Shown here: positions 16,979 to 26,783 of the stretch, piece by piece | Layout: each line of letters begins with the position of its first letter | Position numbering within the stretch: position 1 is the first letter of the stretch | IMG/VR virus record: IMGVR_UViG_3300014205_005221 | Location: 1-64,000 of that record | Origin: a virus | Taxonomy: Duplodnaviria; Caudoviricetes | Length of the DNA stretch: 64,000 bases | Strand: one strand, 5' to 3' | Made by a program: the position numbers and the translations under genes | The notes under the pieces: model-generated | What the model was told of the DNA's origin: nothing | The model's input: the letters and a program-made list of their open reading frames with translations, nothing else | Databases searched by the model: none

Positions 16979-17521
16979 TTACTCCTTCTCTAAGCCCAGC
17001 AGCAGCCGCACGGCATCCAGATACACCGGGTCCTCCCGGCGGCACAGCTTCAGCAGATCCAAAACCTCGTTGGCGTCACTGTGGTAGCGATTCAAATGCA
17101 GATGCCGACCGGCCGCTTCAACGCGAAGCGTCAGCAACTCTCGCAACGCCGTAGCAGATTCAAGAGCAGCAGGCTCCGGATTCCACTCAGCCGTCCCCAA
17201 GTCCAAGTGCGACAAAATCGGATCTCCCGCACCGGCCAACTCTTCGGGAGCCGGAGCAGAAATGCGGGCCTTGATCAGGTACCAACGAAAACCCTGAGGG
17301 TAGAACGCCTGCTCGGCGTACTCCGTCGGAGTCAAGGTGTCGATGGGAGGACCGAACTGATCAGCACGCAGAATCAGAGCGCCAATCTTGTGCGCGTCCA
17401 GCAGAATGTCGAGCAGCTGAGTGTCGTGTCCATTGATGAATCGGTTACCAGGACGAACAACCCGACCACAGCCATGACGACACAGATTGTCGCCCCACAC
17501 CAACGTGTATCGATCAGTCAC
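16979..17521 (-). CDS. hypothetical protein with an N-terminal CxxGCG..F..GHD motif
   Basis: GGG-TAGGAG-N6-GTG. Confidence 0.65.
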   Translation of the reverse strand: MTDRYTLVWGDNLCRHGCGRVVRPGNRFINGHDTQLLDILLDAHKIGALILRADQFGPPIDTLTPTEYAEQAFYPQGFRWYLIKARISAPAPEELAGAGDPILSHLDLGTAEWNPEPAALESATALRELLTLRVEAAGRHLHLNRYHSDANEVLDLLKLCRREDPVYLDAVRLLLGLEKE

Positions 17522-18038
17522 ACGGCTCTCCTACCCAGAGACCAGGATCGGGGACACGCACATTCTTCACAGCACGACGGCGCAGAGAACGGCGCGCCTT
17601 GCGATCCTCGAACGCCGTCACGATCTGCAAACCGCTGTCGGTCAGCACGACAGACTGAAGCTTGCGATACCGATCGTGAGGATCATTCTCCTCAACAGCC
17701 CAACGCCTGTTGACGAACGAATGCAGCGTCTGAAAGTGCGCGCACAACTTCGGGTCGGCAGAATACCCATCCGCGTACAGCCGATGGTTAGGCGCCTCAC
17801 CAGCCCGGATCAGCGCCCTCTCCTGCAACGCGGTCATAGCAGGAATTCCGTTCAGAAGAGTCAGATCCGCCTGAATATCCTTGGGGCTGCGCATGGGACG
17901 CACCGTATTACGCGGCCCACCGCGACGGGAAAGCATGCCATACCACGCAACGGACTGGCGCAGCTCCGTCTCCAGAGACACCTCACGACGGTCCAACTCC
18001 GCAGCCAGCTCCAGCAGAAACTCTGTGTGCGTGACCAT
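17514..18038 (-). CDS. hypothetical protein
   Basis: start re-called using GGG-TATAAG-N6-ATG. Confidence 0.65.
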   Translation of the reverse strand: MVTHTEFLLELAAELDRREVSLETELRQSVAWYGMLSRRGGPRNTVRPMRSPKDIQADLTLLNGIPAMTALQERALIRAGEAPNHRLYADGYSADPKLCAHFQTLHSFVNRRWAVEENDPHDRYRKLQSVVLTDSGLQIVTAFEDRKARRSLRRRAVKNVRVPDPGLWVGEPCD

Positions 18039-18045
18039 GCTTGCC

Positions 18046-18441
18046 TTATACCCCGGGATTGGCCCGGAGCAACTCGCCCTCACGCAGCGACAACACCGCC
18101 GCCTCCCCCAGCCAATGACCAACCGGCTGCACCTCCCAGCCGAGGGTGCGCGCCACGTGGATCTCCAACTGAGCGCCCTTGGAATTGGCCCAGCCCTCCA
18201 GCGTTGCCACCGCCTCGCCGTACTGCAGCAGCGCGACCAGATCAGCGCGGAGGAACTCGTGCCACTCATGCGGTTCCGGCCCGCACTTCACCGAGCCCTG
18301 GCAACCGCACGACAGCAGAAGCTCCGCCGGATTGCACACCTCATAGCCCGCAGTACGGAGCTGGTGTGCTGCTCGGTTGAAAGCAGGAAAGTTGTATGAC
18401 GGAAAACCGGACATCGGCCCCGACAGATAAAGCCGCTTCAT
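18046..18441 (-). CDS. DUF4406 / nucleoside deoxyribosyltransferase-like protein
   Basis: LYLSGPMSG..YNFPAF and GW..SKGA.LE. Confidence 0.8.
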   Translation of the reverse strand: MKRLYLSGPMSGFPSYNFPAFNRAAHQLRTAGYEVCNPAELLLSCGCQGSVKCGPEPHEWHEFLRADLVALLQYGEAVATLEGWANSKGAQLEIHVARTLGWEVQPVGHWLGEAAVLSLREGELLRANPGV

Positions 18442-18547
18442 TGAGTCACCAAGATCTTTAAGGACACGTCAGCGCGGATCACAAAAGCCCACTTGTCAAA
18501 GCGAATGTCATAGAGAGACGTGTCAGGTTGAATCGACCAATCGAGGA

Positions 18548-18829
18548 TCAGCCCTGGCGGTAACTCGGCGAGCCACCTTGCGAATAGGGCCTGGTGCGCG
18601 TCGACGGCACGGCGCGCTTCCTCCCACGCTCGTGATTGCCTTTCCCAGGACGAGCCGCCATCCAGCGCAGAAACTGGGCGGCATCCCAAACTCGCTCCCC
18701 CGTCACAGAACGGAAATCGTCCAAGGGCGGGGGAGCTTGTCTGCGGGACACGAGCGCTCGCCATGTCGCTGGCTTGCAACGCAGCAGCGCAGCGCACTCC
18801 GACGTCGAGAGCACGGCTTCCGGATACAT
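18548..18829 (-). CDS. AlpA/excisionase-like HTH protein
   Basis: LSTSECAALL.CKPATW...PPP...RVW. Confidence 0.55.
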   Translation of the reverse strand: MYPEAVLSTSECAALLRCKPATWRALVSRRQAPPPLDDFRSVTGERVWDAAQFLRWMAARPGKGNHERGRKRAVPSTRTRPYSQGGSPSYRQG

Positions 18830-18953
18830 ATCCGGTCACTTCGTCACGCATCACGGCGCTGCCTTATCCGAGCATTCCCAGCTGATACAGCTTGAGAATG
18901 AGAGCCACGTTCATGCCCCAGTGGACGTGCATGATCTCTTCCATGCCGAACTC

Positions 18954-19727
18954 CTACCCGGCGAGAGTCAGCGATGCCACAGACTTGCGAAGCTGACGTG
19001 ACTGCACCAACGCCACAGCGACATCGTCGGCCGCGCGGTGCGGACGGAGCTGGCTCACGATCAAATTGCCCGGAGGAAGCTCGATCCCCTCGACACCGCT
19101 CTTCGTCAGCCGGTCCGTCACGCCTTCCTCGGTCGACAGGCCCAGCTCATCCGGGTCTGCGCCCACCGCAGCGATGAGCTTCTCCTGGTCGCGGATGCCC
19201 GGGATCCCCAGCAGCGTGCGCGCTACCGAGATGTCAGCACTGCGGTAGTGCAGCCGAGGGTGCGAGCCAGTCGAAGCGATCAGCCGCGAGAAGATCTGCT
19301 CCAACACCTGACGATCGAAATGCGACACACCCGCGCCCGCCAGGTACAGCGTGTCTTCAGACTTCCAGCCAGCCGACCACAGATCCTCAAAGATCAGGTG
19401 GTCGAGGTCAGCGTTGCCGCGCAGCTTCACCCACGGCGGAGCAGCCAGCCAGTCCTGCGCCAAAAGCGACTTCCGGTGCATGTCGACAACAACCTGATCA
19501 AGCTGCTGCGTCCAGCCGATACGAGAGGTGCTGCTGTTCACGTACACCGGAGTCACCGGAGTCACCGGAGTAGAGCCGTTGGTCGAGAACTCACAGAACC
19601 GGGACCGCAACGGCGAGAGCTGATGCAGCCGACTATCCGTGACGGTCCACGCGGCCTCAAGGATGGTAGTCGTCTTGACGTCTAGACCGGTGGTCTCGAA
19701 ATCGAGAAACAGAAACTTGTCGCTCAC
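18954..19727 (-). CDS. oligoribonuclease-like DEDDh exonuclease
   Basis: FLDFETTGLD, HFDR, LHYR..DIS, HRAADD. Confidence 0.85.
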   Translation of the reverse strand: MSDKFLFLDFETTGLDVKTTTILEAAWTVTDSRLHQLSPLRSRFCEFSTNGSTPVTPVTPVYVNSSTSRIGWTQQLDQVVVDMHRKSLLAQDWLAAPPWVKLRGNADLDHLIFEDLWSAGWKSEDTLYLAGAGVSHFDRQVLEQIFSRLIASTGSHPRLHYRSADISVARTLLGIPGIRDQEKLIAAVGADPDELGLSTEEGVTDRLTKSGVEGIELPPGNLIVSQLRPHRAADDVAVALVQSRQLRKSVASLTLAG

Positions 19728-19927
19728 TTACCTGCCTCCAAGGGCTTACGTGTCTTTGCGACAGATACCGCCAGGGCATAACCGATCGGAGCCCCGTCGA
19801 AGGCAGCGTCCCGAGGAACCCACTTCAGACCACCCGCCTCGATGATCTCCTTCACCGGCTTGGCCGAGAGACCGCCCGGGACATTCGCCGAATTCAGCGC
19901 GAGACTGCCGAAAGGGTTAGAAGCCAT
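19724..19927 (-). CDS. hypothetical protein
   Basis: GGG-TAGAAC-N6-ATG. Confidence 0.6.
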   Translation of the reverse strand: MASNPFGSLALNSANVPGGLSAKPVKEIIEAGGLKWVPRDAAFDGAPIGYALAVSVAKTRKPLEAGK

Positions 19928-19936
19928 GGGCAGGTT

Positions 19937-20158
19937 CTACCCGAGAAAAATCACCTCAGTTGAACCATTATGTCCGTGAATAGCGATGACAGATTCAATG
20001 TCATTCCACAACACGACAGATGAGTGCTCGCCGATCCAACGGAGTGCAACCCGGCCATCGGTGAACAGGATTCCCTCGCCCACCACTCCCGTGCCACTCA
20101 GACCAGTGTGGTCGACCGCGCGCACAAGATGGAACAGCCGGGGAAGTTTAGATGCCAT
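19937..20158 (-). CDS. small phage protein
   Basis: F.LVR..D.TG.SGTG.V.EG..F.DG....W...HGH.G.T pattern. Confidence 0.7.
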   Translation of the reverse strand: MASKLPRLFHLVRAVDHTGLSGTGVVGEGILFTDGRVALRWIGEHSSVVLWNDIESVIAIHGHNGSTEVIFLG

Positions 20159-20173
20159 GCCCAGGGATTCGGG

Positions 20174-20941
20174 CTACTCCCCCTGGAAGATGAACGGAGA
20201 CGTTGCAATCTCCGTGCCATCGTCGAGCTTCGAGATCTTGAAATCGGCAAAGACGTTCGGGGCAGCCGACTGCAGGTGGATCAGCATCTCGATCGCCAGC
20301 GCCCGAATCTCCACGTCTGCATGCTCGGAAGCACGCATGAACAGGAAATGCCGCAACGCCCGGTAGTTACCGGTGATCACGATCTTGGTCTCGGTGGCGT
20401 TGGTCAGCACCGAGCGCGACGCCTGCCGAGCAGCCTTGCGCAGCGCGGTCTTGGACCACTCCGGATAGTCGGCGGCGATCGACGCCTGCAGCGACGCGTT
20501 CAGCTCGTCGTAGGCCAGCTGTGTGGCGAACACGGCCACCCTGAACGCCTCCAGGCGCGCGGGATCGTCAGAGACGATCTCAGGCACCACCACGGCCGCC
20601 TCAGCCTCATCGACGTACCGCTGCGAGAGCTGGGAGTAGCTGAAGTGCCGATGCCGGATCAGCTCGTGAGTCAGCGAGCGCGAGACCCCGGTGATGTAGA
20701 AGCTCACCGAGCCGTGCTCCAGCACCGAGAGGTGGCCGACCTCCAGGATATGACGGATGTAGCCAGCATTGGTCGCCGTCTTGGGGTTGGGCTTAGACCA
20801 CGACTGGTAACAAGCCCGGCCCGCGAACTCGGCAAGAGCTTGTCCGCCATCCGTCTCGGTTGTCCATTCCGGAACGTCCGGCGGGAAAAACTCTGTCTTC
20901 GCGATCAATTGAACCCGGAGGTTAGCTTTCTTCACAGACAT
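20174..20941 (-). CDS. thyX: FAD-dependent thymidylate synthase
   Basis: [29 protein letters not shown]. Confidence 0.95.
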   Translation of the reverse strand: MSVKKANLRVQLIAKTEFFPPDVPEWTTETDGGQALAEFAGRACYQSWSKPNPKTATNAGYIRHILEVGHLSVLEHGSVSFYITGVSRSLTHELIRHRHFSYSQLSQRYVDEAEAAVVVPEIVSDDPARLEAFRVAVFATQLAYDELNASLQASIAADYPEWSKTALRKAARQASRSVLTNATETKIVITGNYRALRHFLFMRASEHADVEIRALAIEMLIHLQSAAPNVFADFKISKLDDGTEIATSPFIFQGE

Positions 20942-21244
20942 CCTTACGGCTCGGCCCAGCAGTAGCGGCAGCACGTCACTTCGCCGAGGTCACGCCGCCA
21001 CGCCTCTACCCAATAGTGTCTTCCGAGACGACACAGAGTTTGACGGCGCAGATCCGGGCGAGCCTTGTACTCCCACCACAAACGAATGTGGTGAACAGGG
21101 CCGCCGGGCATCGACCAGCAATACGGCGAGAACGGCACGTGCATCAGATCGTGAAACTCGCTGAAAGCTTGTAGAACTTGAACGGAGGTTCGCGCATTCG
21201 CAACGCCGTGACGTGGCGCAACCGGTGAGAACGGAGACGACAGA

Positions 21245-21487
21245 TTAGCTCTCGTCTTCGATTTTTGTAAAATAGCCCTTCACATATCCAGAGCCGCGTG
21301 ATTTGCCAGGCATGAAGTTGCGCATATCCTCTACAACAAAAAAATGGTCCCACGCGCCCAGCTTGTAAGAACCATCGTCGTAGCGACGCAGCTCCACACC
21401 ATCCGGGAACCGCATCACGATAGCGCCCTTACGGGCCTTTGTCGGTTGCGTGTACGAGATCTCCGGGGCACCCGGGACATTCGACAT
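21245..21487 (-). CDS. hypothetical protein
   Basis: GGG-TAGAAC-N6-ATG. Confidence 0.65.
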   Translation of the reverse strand: MSNVPGAPEISYTQPTKARKGAIVMRFPDGVELRRYDDGSYKLGAWDHFFVVEDMRNFMPGKSRGSGYVKGYFTKIEDES

Positions 21488-21496
21488 GCCGACGTT

Positions 21497-21718
21497 CTAC
21501 CCCCAGGCCGAGACACAACCCCAGCGGTGACAGCGGAAATCGGGGTGCACAGAACGTCGATCCAACAGCGTTGTCATGTCAATACGGTAGATAGGAGGAT
21601 TTAAAATCGACATGCAGAACGGAATACCGAAATCGTCCAGGGCGTGATAACGAGAAAGGCCACCCGCCAAAAGGCGAGCGGCCTGACCCGGCTTGGTATC
21701 GATTACTTCCACAGTCAC
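21497..21718 (-). CDS. hypothetical protein
   Basis: GGG-TATGAC-N6-GTG; GTG overlaps the upstream TGA. Confidence 0.55.
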   Translation of the reverse strand: MTVEVIDTKPGQAARLLAGGLSRYHALDDFGIPFCMSILNPPIYRIDMTTLLDRRSVHPDFRCHRWGCVSAWG

Positions 21719-22011
21719 ACGTTCGTCATACCCCGATGCTTCATGCACGGCTCGCAGTACCGGAGCGGAGTGTTGTAGTCCTTGCGAGGATAACTCGGGC
21801 AATGGCCCAGCTCATGCACGTAGAGACTACCGTTAATGCAAAGGGTGACGTCTTCCTCGGTGACCTCGAACTCGCCGACTATGAATTCCAGGTCGTCGAG
21901 TACATCCGTGCGGCCCTCATCGCGGTAGTAGGCCGAGTCGTCCCAGTTGCCACCCGACGGACGCGCATCGCGAATGAAATTCTGCAGCTTCAGCAGCTCC
22001 GAGCGCTTCAT
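21715..22011 (-). CDS. hypothetical protein
   Basis: ATGA overlap with the upstream gene. Confidence 0.6.
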   Translation of the reverse strand: MKRSELLKLQNFIRDARPSGGNWDDSAYYRDEGRTDVLDDLEFIVGEFEVTEEDVTLCINGSLYVHELGHCPSYPRKDYNTPLRYCEPCMKHRGMTNV

Positions 22012-22271
22012 TTCACCAACACCGTCCAATACCAGCTCGACACCGGAACACCGTCATCATCGGTATCCGGAGCCTCCAGCCGACGGTCATACACCGTGCG
22101 CACGCCCATGCGCAGCACCAGCACGTCACCCACCTGCGGGACGTCGATTCCCTGCTTGAGCTTGAAGTCCTCCAGCGACTCGCCCCACGCAGGCTCGACA
22201 CCGTTGAACTGCTCACGATTCTTCAGGCGGTCGAACACCATCGGGTCGTAGGCGATCCACATCATCGGCAT
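22008..22271 (-). CDS. hypothetical protein
   Basis: GGAGG RBS, in operon. Confidence 0.6.
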   Translation of the reverse strand: MPMMWIAYDPMVFDRLKNREQFNGVEPAWGESLEDFKLKQGIDVPQVGDVLVLRMGVRTVYDRRLEAPDTDDDGVPVSSWYWTVLVK

Positions 22272-22274
22272 CGC

Positions 22275-22562
22275 TCAGCCCTCCAGGTTCACAAGCACGT
22301 AGAGGTCGCGCATGGCCTCGTAGACCTGCGTCGCCGCGTGCACCGAACCCTCGAACTCGACCCGGGTGGCGAAGAAGTCATCCTCGCCGTCACCCTTGGC
22401 CTCCGCCTTGACCGTGAGAGCGCCCCGGTAGCCCAGGCTCAGCAGGTGCGTGACCGTGGTCTGCCAGTACGGAAGCTCGTCCTGGGACAGGATCAGGAAC
22501 GCGTTCACGTAACCGGGGGCGACGGTGAACGGGGGCTTGGGGAGAGTCTGCGTGTTCGTCAT
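22275..22562 (-). CDS. MTNT-tagged hypothetical protein
   Basis: TTGCTT-N17-TAGTCT-N6-ATG. Confidence 0.8.
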   Translation of the reverse strand: MTNTQTLPKPPFTVAPGYVNAFLILSQDELPYWQTTVTHLLSLGYRGALTVKAEAKGDGEDDFFATRVEFEGSVHAATQVYEAMRDLYVLVNLEG

Positions 22563-22668
22563 GTCCAAAGACTAACACATGTCGGCAAGGCAAGCAAGTC
22601 CGACATACAACAAGGGGCCCCACCCTCCCCCAGCGAGAAGGTGAGACCCCTTGTCGGATCCCCCGCGA

Positions 22669-23217
22669 TCAGGACGCGTTGTACTCCAACGCGACGTCAA
22701 GGCCGTTCGGAGAAGCGGTGGCCTGGTTCGAAGCCCGGATGGTGAACTTGACGTTGCCCGTCTGACCGAACGCGATCGAGTCGGTGGCCGAGCCACTGTC
22801 GACCGACCAGCCAGCCGGAACAGCCTTCAGGTTGAAGTGGGCTCCGGTGATCGGGCCGCCACCGTTGTTCTTCACCACGGCAACGATGTCACACGATCCG
22901 GTCAGCGTCTCCGACTGCTGACCAGCCGTGACCGTGCGGGTCTTGGCATCGACCTGGACGTTGGAGCCGGACGGAGTGCCCGCCGTGCAATTCACGCCGC
23001 CAGTCAGGTTCTCCACAGACACGGACTGGATGACCAGATCGGCCTGGACGTTGCCCAGCACGGTCGAGCCCTTGAACGATGCCGTCAAGATGATGACCGC
23101 AGCGGCCACGCCTACGGATGCGAACAGGCCGACCAGAGCGCCAATGACAAGCTTGCGGCGGTGTGCGGAAAAGAAACTCACAGGGATGTCCTCGTGTATC
23201 GGGAGAGATTGAGACAC
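22669..23217 (-). CDS. secreted or membrane-anchored beta-rich protein
   Basis: RRK plus hydrophobic signal; Thr/Val/Gly-rich body with a Cys pair. Confidence 0.7.
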   Translation of the reverse strand: MSQSLPIHEDIPVSFFSAHRRKLVIGALVGLFASVGVAAAVIILTASFKGSTVLGNVQADLVIQSVSVENLTGGVNCTAGTPSGSNVQVDAKTRTVTAGQQSETLTGSCDIVAVVKNNGGGPITGAHFNLKAVPAGWSVDSGSATDSIAFGQTGNVKFTIRASNQATASPNGLDVALEYNAS

Positions 23218-23264
23218 CCTATGACCAGGGAGTCGCTAGCCCATCGATGAGAGGACGCCTCTCG

Positions 23265-23546
23265 TTACGAAAGGTTGCTCGGGTTCGCAGAAATTTCTTC
23301 GCGCGCCCACTTCCGGCCGTGCGCCTTGGTCACCACGTAATCGAAACGCGGCAGCAGCACCTCGACAACCGGATCCGGCTGCGACTCCTGCACCTTCATG
23401 CCGTCGTACTCCACCTTGCCGACAGAGCCGTCCCGGCCCATCACCACGACCCCCTTCGGAAGGTCATCGCCAGGCCAGAACACCCGAGGTTCACGCATGC
23501 CACGGCCGCCGGGCCAGAACAGCGACAAAAACTCCGCTACATGCAT
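23265..23546 (-). CDS. hypothetical protein
   Basis: GAGGAG RBS. Confidence 0.5.
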   Translation of the reverse strand: MHVAEFLSLFWPGGRGMREPRVFWPGDDLPKGVVVMGRDGSVGKVEYDGMKVQESQPDPVVEVLLPRFDYVVTKAHGRKWAREEISANPSNLS

Positions 23547-23547
23547 G

Positions 23548-23832
23548 TCAACGCTCCTCGTCAGGAAAATCAGGGCTCACGGTTGTCTCACACAGGAACG
23601 GACTCTCCACATAGAACGACGCCACGAACCACGGCGTGTAGAGATACCCGCTCGACCAACCCCAACTGCCGCGCAACGGCCGACGCGGAGAGAACCGCTT
23701 GATGTCGAACTCCACATTGTTGATGGTCAGATTCCACGTCGGCTCACCCGGAGGACGTCCGTCCTCGGAATACCACCGACGATTGAAATCCACTTCCAGA
23801 AACTGCTGTGTCTTCGTGCCACGCGAACTCAT
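23548..23832 (-). CDS. hypothetical protein
   Basis: start re-called at MSSRG after GGAGG. Confidence 0.55.
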   Translation of the reverse strand: MSSRGTKTQQFLEVDFNRRWYSEDGRPPGEPTWNLTINNVEFDIKRFSPRRPLRGSWGWSSGYLYTPWFVASFYVESPFLCETTVSPDFPDEER

Positions 23833-23833
23833 G

Positions 23834-24280
23834 TCAGTCCGCCTCCTTCTCCAGAAGCAGAAAGACCTCGTTGAGCCACTTGTCCGTCGGATCCACGTGT
23901 TCCACAGGAACACCATGCGCGGTGGCGTAGACACGCTGCGACAACGAAGCCAGCGCGGCGATACGGAAAAACTTCTCCGCCACCGCAGGCGGCAACACAC
24001 GCGGAGGCTCCGTGTCGTAGTCCATGCCGGACTGCTCCGCCGTGTGCACCCGGTAGTCCTCCAGGTGGTTGATCGCGCGCTCCATACCACGCAGCGCAGC
24101 GTCACCGGACTCCCGATAGATGCTATCCCAGCCCTTCAACGCGTGGATGAGCTGGGTCAGCACGTCGGTCACGATCGCCGCGCCCGCCACCTCCAGCACC
24201 GCGCGCGAGACATGGTCGTCAACGCTCAGCACCTTCGCGAACCGAGCAGCGATCTCGTCGGACACCTCTACCGCAGCCAT
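23834..24280 (-). CDS. hypothetical protein
   Basis: TGATG coupling and AGGAGG RBS. Confidence 0.65.
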   Translation of the reverse strand: MAAVEVSDEIAARFAKVLSVDDHVSRAVLEVAGAAIVTDVLTQLIHALKGWDSIYRESGDAALRGMERAINHLEDYRVHTAEQSGMDYDTEPPRVLPPAVAEKFFRIAALASLSQRVYATAHGVPVEHVDPTDKWLNEVFLLLEKEAD

Positions 24281-24915
24281 CAGGACACACCCTCCTTGTC
24301 CGTCCACGCAATCAGCAGACGGATAGACAAAGCCAGCTTGTTGTTGTCACCCTCAACCACGGAACCACCCCACGCACGAGTCACCGCAGGGAGACGACGC
24401 TCCCAGCCCGGGAGACCGCCATCGATGATGGTCTGACGGATTGCCTTCACGACCTGAACCCTGTGGCTACTACCCGGCTTGCGAGCCCCCAGCCACATGC
24501 TGCGCAGCACCGAGTCGAAGAACCACACGTCGAAGTCCAGCTCGCACTGCGCGCAACCGTCGGCACGCAGCGAGCCCGCCTGGTGCGGGCCCTCCGCGCA
24601 CATATCCGGGTCGGGATCCCGCACGAACTCTCCCGCTCCAAGCAACGCGGACACGATCACCTGAACCTCAGCGTCGTTGCCCGAACCACGCAGGAAGTCC
24701 TCCAGCGTGCGAAGCGCGTTGAACGCCGCCTCACCGTTGGGCGAGCCAACACGCTCCAGGTCCACCCGAGCCGTCGCCACACGGGTACGCGCCAGCTGCG
24801 TCAGGTACCAGACCGGAACCCGGCTGGGGCTCTCGGCCACCTTGTTGCGGGTGCGGAAGTCCTGGTACAACGCCCAGAAGTCATCGCGATCCCGAAGCTC
24901 TTCGATGTTCGTCAT
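24280..24915 (-). CDS. hypothetical protein, tag variant MTNI
   Basis: TTGCTT-N17-TATTCT-N6-ATG. Confidence 0.75.
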   Translation of the reverse strand: MTNIEELRDRDDFWALYQDFRTRNKVAESPSRVPVWYLTQLARTRVATARVDLERVGSPNGEAAFNALRTLEDFLRGSGNDAEVQVIVSALLGAGEFVRDPDPDMCAEGPHQAGSLRADGCAQCELDFDVWFFDSVLRSMWLGARKPGSSHRVQVVKAIRQTIIDGGLPGWERRLPAVTRAWGGSVVEGDNNKLALSIRLLIAWTDKEGVS

Positions 24916-24977
24916 GACATAAGAATAGCACGGTCTGACAAGTCAAGCAAGTCAGACCGTGCTAGTTATTTCAGGTC

Positions 24978-25529
24978 TTAGAACCCACCACCACCGGAGT
25001 CGCCACCGCCAGACGAGCCGCCCGAATCCGAGCCACCCGAGCTGTGCGAGGAACCGTAGTCGTGGGACGCGCCGCTGTGACCATACCCGCGGCTGCCCGA
25101 TCCGGACGAGTAGTGCGGGGTCGAGCTGTGAGACGAGCTGGAGTCCGGAGCCGCCGTAGTCGAGCCGTACACGCCCGCAGCGGTCGCCAGATCGGTCAGG
25201 TCGGCGTCAGCAGCCAACTCGGAACGACGACGCTCAGCGGCAGCCTCACGCTTGCGGCGGCGCTCCGCCCCGCTGACCGGCTCACCAGAGACGCGATCGG
25301 CCATGTACTTGGCGAGAAGCGAGTCGTCGAACGTGGCGTAGGTCGACTTGCCCGAACCGTGCGATCCAGTCCGAATGCCAGGGAGCAGGCCCATGTCGTA
25401 CTGCGAGGAAGCATGAACAGCTGCGTGACGACGCTTGATGCGGTCCCGGCGAGCGAAGAACGCCATCACCGATCCAACGATGACCAGGCCCGCCACGATA
25501 ACCGTGACGACAATCCAAGTGTCAGACAT
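24978..25529 (-). CDS. single-pass membrane protein with a Gly/Ser-rich tail
   Basis: N-terminal TM segment; SGGGDSGGGGF C-terminus. Confidence 0.7.
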   Translation of the reverse strand: MSDTWIVVTVIVAGLVIVGSVMAFFARRDRIKRRHAAVHASSQYDMGLLPGIRTGSHGSGKSTYATFDDSLLAKYMADRVSGEPVSGAERRRKREAAAERRRSELAADADLTDLATAAGVYGSTTAAPDSSSSHSSTPHYSSGSGSRGYGHSGASHDYGSSHSSGGSDSGGSSGGGDSGGGGF

Positions 25530-25659
25530 TCCGATCCCTCTCTGTTGTGAACCGAAACTGTCATACCCGGTGACCGGAAAGATTGGCGACATAGCCGCAG
25601 CCGATCAGCCCGCTGCGATCTCTCCGGTTCTTACGTGGCTGCCCACACCGAAACGCAAG

Positions 25660-25732
25660 CGCCCCCGGCAGGACTCGAACCCGCACCTTACGGCCTAGAA
25701 AACCGTTGCCCTATCCATTAGACCACAGAGGC
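25660..25732 (-). tRNA. tRNA-Arg(TCT)
   Basis: ACGGT-TTTCTAG-GCCGT. Confidence 0.88.
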
Positions 25733-25741
25733 TTGTATTTA

Positions 25742-25830
25742 TGGTGCCCCCGGCAGGATTCGAACCTGCGATGGTACTTTCGTACGTCGGATTAAAAGTC
25801 CGAAGAGATCGGCCGCTAGTCGACGAGGGC
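25742..25830 (-). tRNA. tRNA with anticodon TTT (Lys), long variable arm, CCA encoded
   Basis: TCGGA-CTTTTAA-TCCGA followed by a GTAC-GAAA-GTAC arm. Confidence 0.8.
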
Positions 25831-25851
25831 ATGTCTAATTTAGTTGTTACG

Positions 25852-25923
25852 CACCCCCACCAGGAGTCGAACCTGGACAATCAGTTTAGGAAACTGAGGC
25901 TCTGTCCGTTGAGCTATGAGGGC
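25852..25923 (-). tRNA. tRNA-Arg(CCT)
   Basis: TCAGT-TTCCTAA-ACTGA. Confidence 0.88.
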
Positions 25924-26108
25924 TTGCCTGACTACTCACGTCGTTTTCTGTGGGAAGACATTACACGACTAACGCCGAAACCACAGAACAGCACGCAAGC
26001 CGCCAGGTTTTCTTCAGGGTCGACATCAAGGCGCGCACCTTGCCCGATGCCGCTTTGCCCCGGTGACGATGCGCTGGCACCGGGATTCGTCGCAGCCTGA
26101 CCTGCAGA

Positions 26109-26202
26109 GTGGGACGGAGAGGAATCGAACCTCTCGGCGAGCCGTCGCTCACAGACGCCAGTCCACGCAGGAATCGAACCTGCTTACCGCCATGTCGTCC
26201 CA
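26109..26202 (-). ncRNA. tRNA-like RNA with two T arms
   Basis: TGGGACG/CGTCCCA closing stem; two GGTTCGATTCC hairpins. Confidence 0.55.
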
Positions 26203-26215
26203 AGTATGAAGTTGA

Positions 26216-26284
26216 AGGATCGCCACCCGGGACTCGAACCCGGAAGTACTCCCGTCGGAGTGTAGGCCGTCTACGCGACGATCC
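26216..26284 (-). ncRNA. tRNA-like RNA with a collapsed anticodon loop
   Basis: acceptor, D and T arms present; ACTCC-GACG-GGAGT. Confidence 0.55.
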
Positions 26285-26286
26285 AG

Positions 26287-26357
26287 AGCCTGAGCCGGGA
26301 ATCGAACCCGAGGTTGTGTCTTACGAGGACACCGCTTTGCCATTAAGCGACACAGGC
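26287..26357 (-). tRNA. tRNA-Thr(CGT)
   Basis: GTGTC-CTCGTAA-GACAC. Confidence 0.85.
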
Positions 26358-26711
26358 AGAACGGATAGAATCACCGGCGGGCCCGCCAGAACTTCTACCC
26401 TCACCAGCGCTACCGATTACCCGGATCAAACGGCCGGGCTCTTGCGCTACCGATGTCCGGCATTCCCTCCCTGATGCTGCCGACCCCTGCAGAGGGTCTG
26501 CCAGTCGGAAAAGCCTGCGGACAGGTGCACCCATCCGTTGTGGATCCCGAGGGAGATCGAACCCTGCACCCCGCTCCATACTGGATCACGCACGGGGGCC
26601 GCCTGGAGGACCCGTCTGAAGTTTTAGCGCCGAGTGAGGCTCACCAGAGTTTGGAATCGAACCCACTCACCCGACTAAGCAATCCGACGCAGCTGACGTC
26701 TTCTCGCTTTG

Positions 26712-26783
26712 TGTTCCCTGCAGGATTTGAACCTGCGACCTTCGGTATGTCGAACCGACGTTCTACCACTGAACTAAGGAAAC
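26712..26783 (-). tRNA. tRNA-Val(GAC)
   Basis: TCGGT-TCGACAT-ACCGA (C at position 33). Confidence 0.8.

Noticed and set aside
18548-18829. Excisionase implying an integration cassette
   Set aside because: No integrase or att-like repeat in the window; kept only as an HTH protein
21715-21734. ATGACGAACG near 21729 as a tagged start
   Set aside because: It is the end of an ORF (MTNV-stop) and coincides with a GGG-TATGAC promoter
26109-26202. tmRNA
   Set aside because: Ends are vaguely TLD-like, but it is only about 94 nt with no tag reading frame or pseudoknots visible
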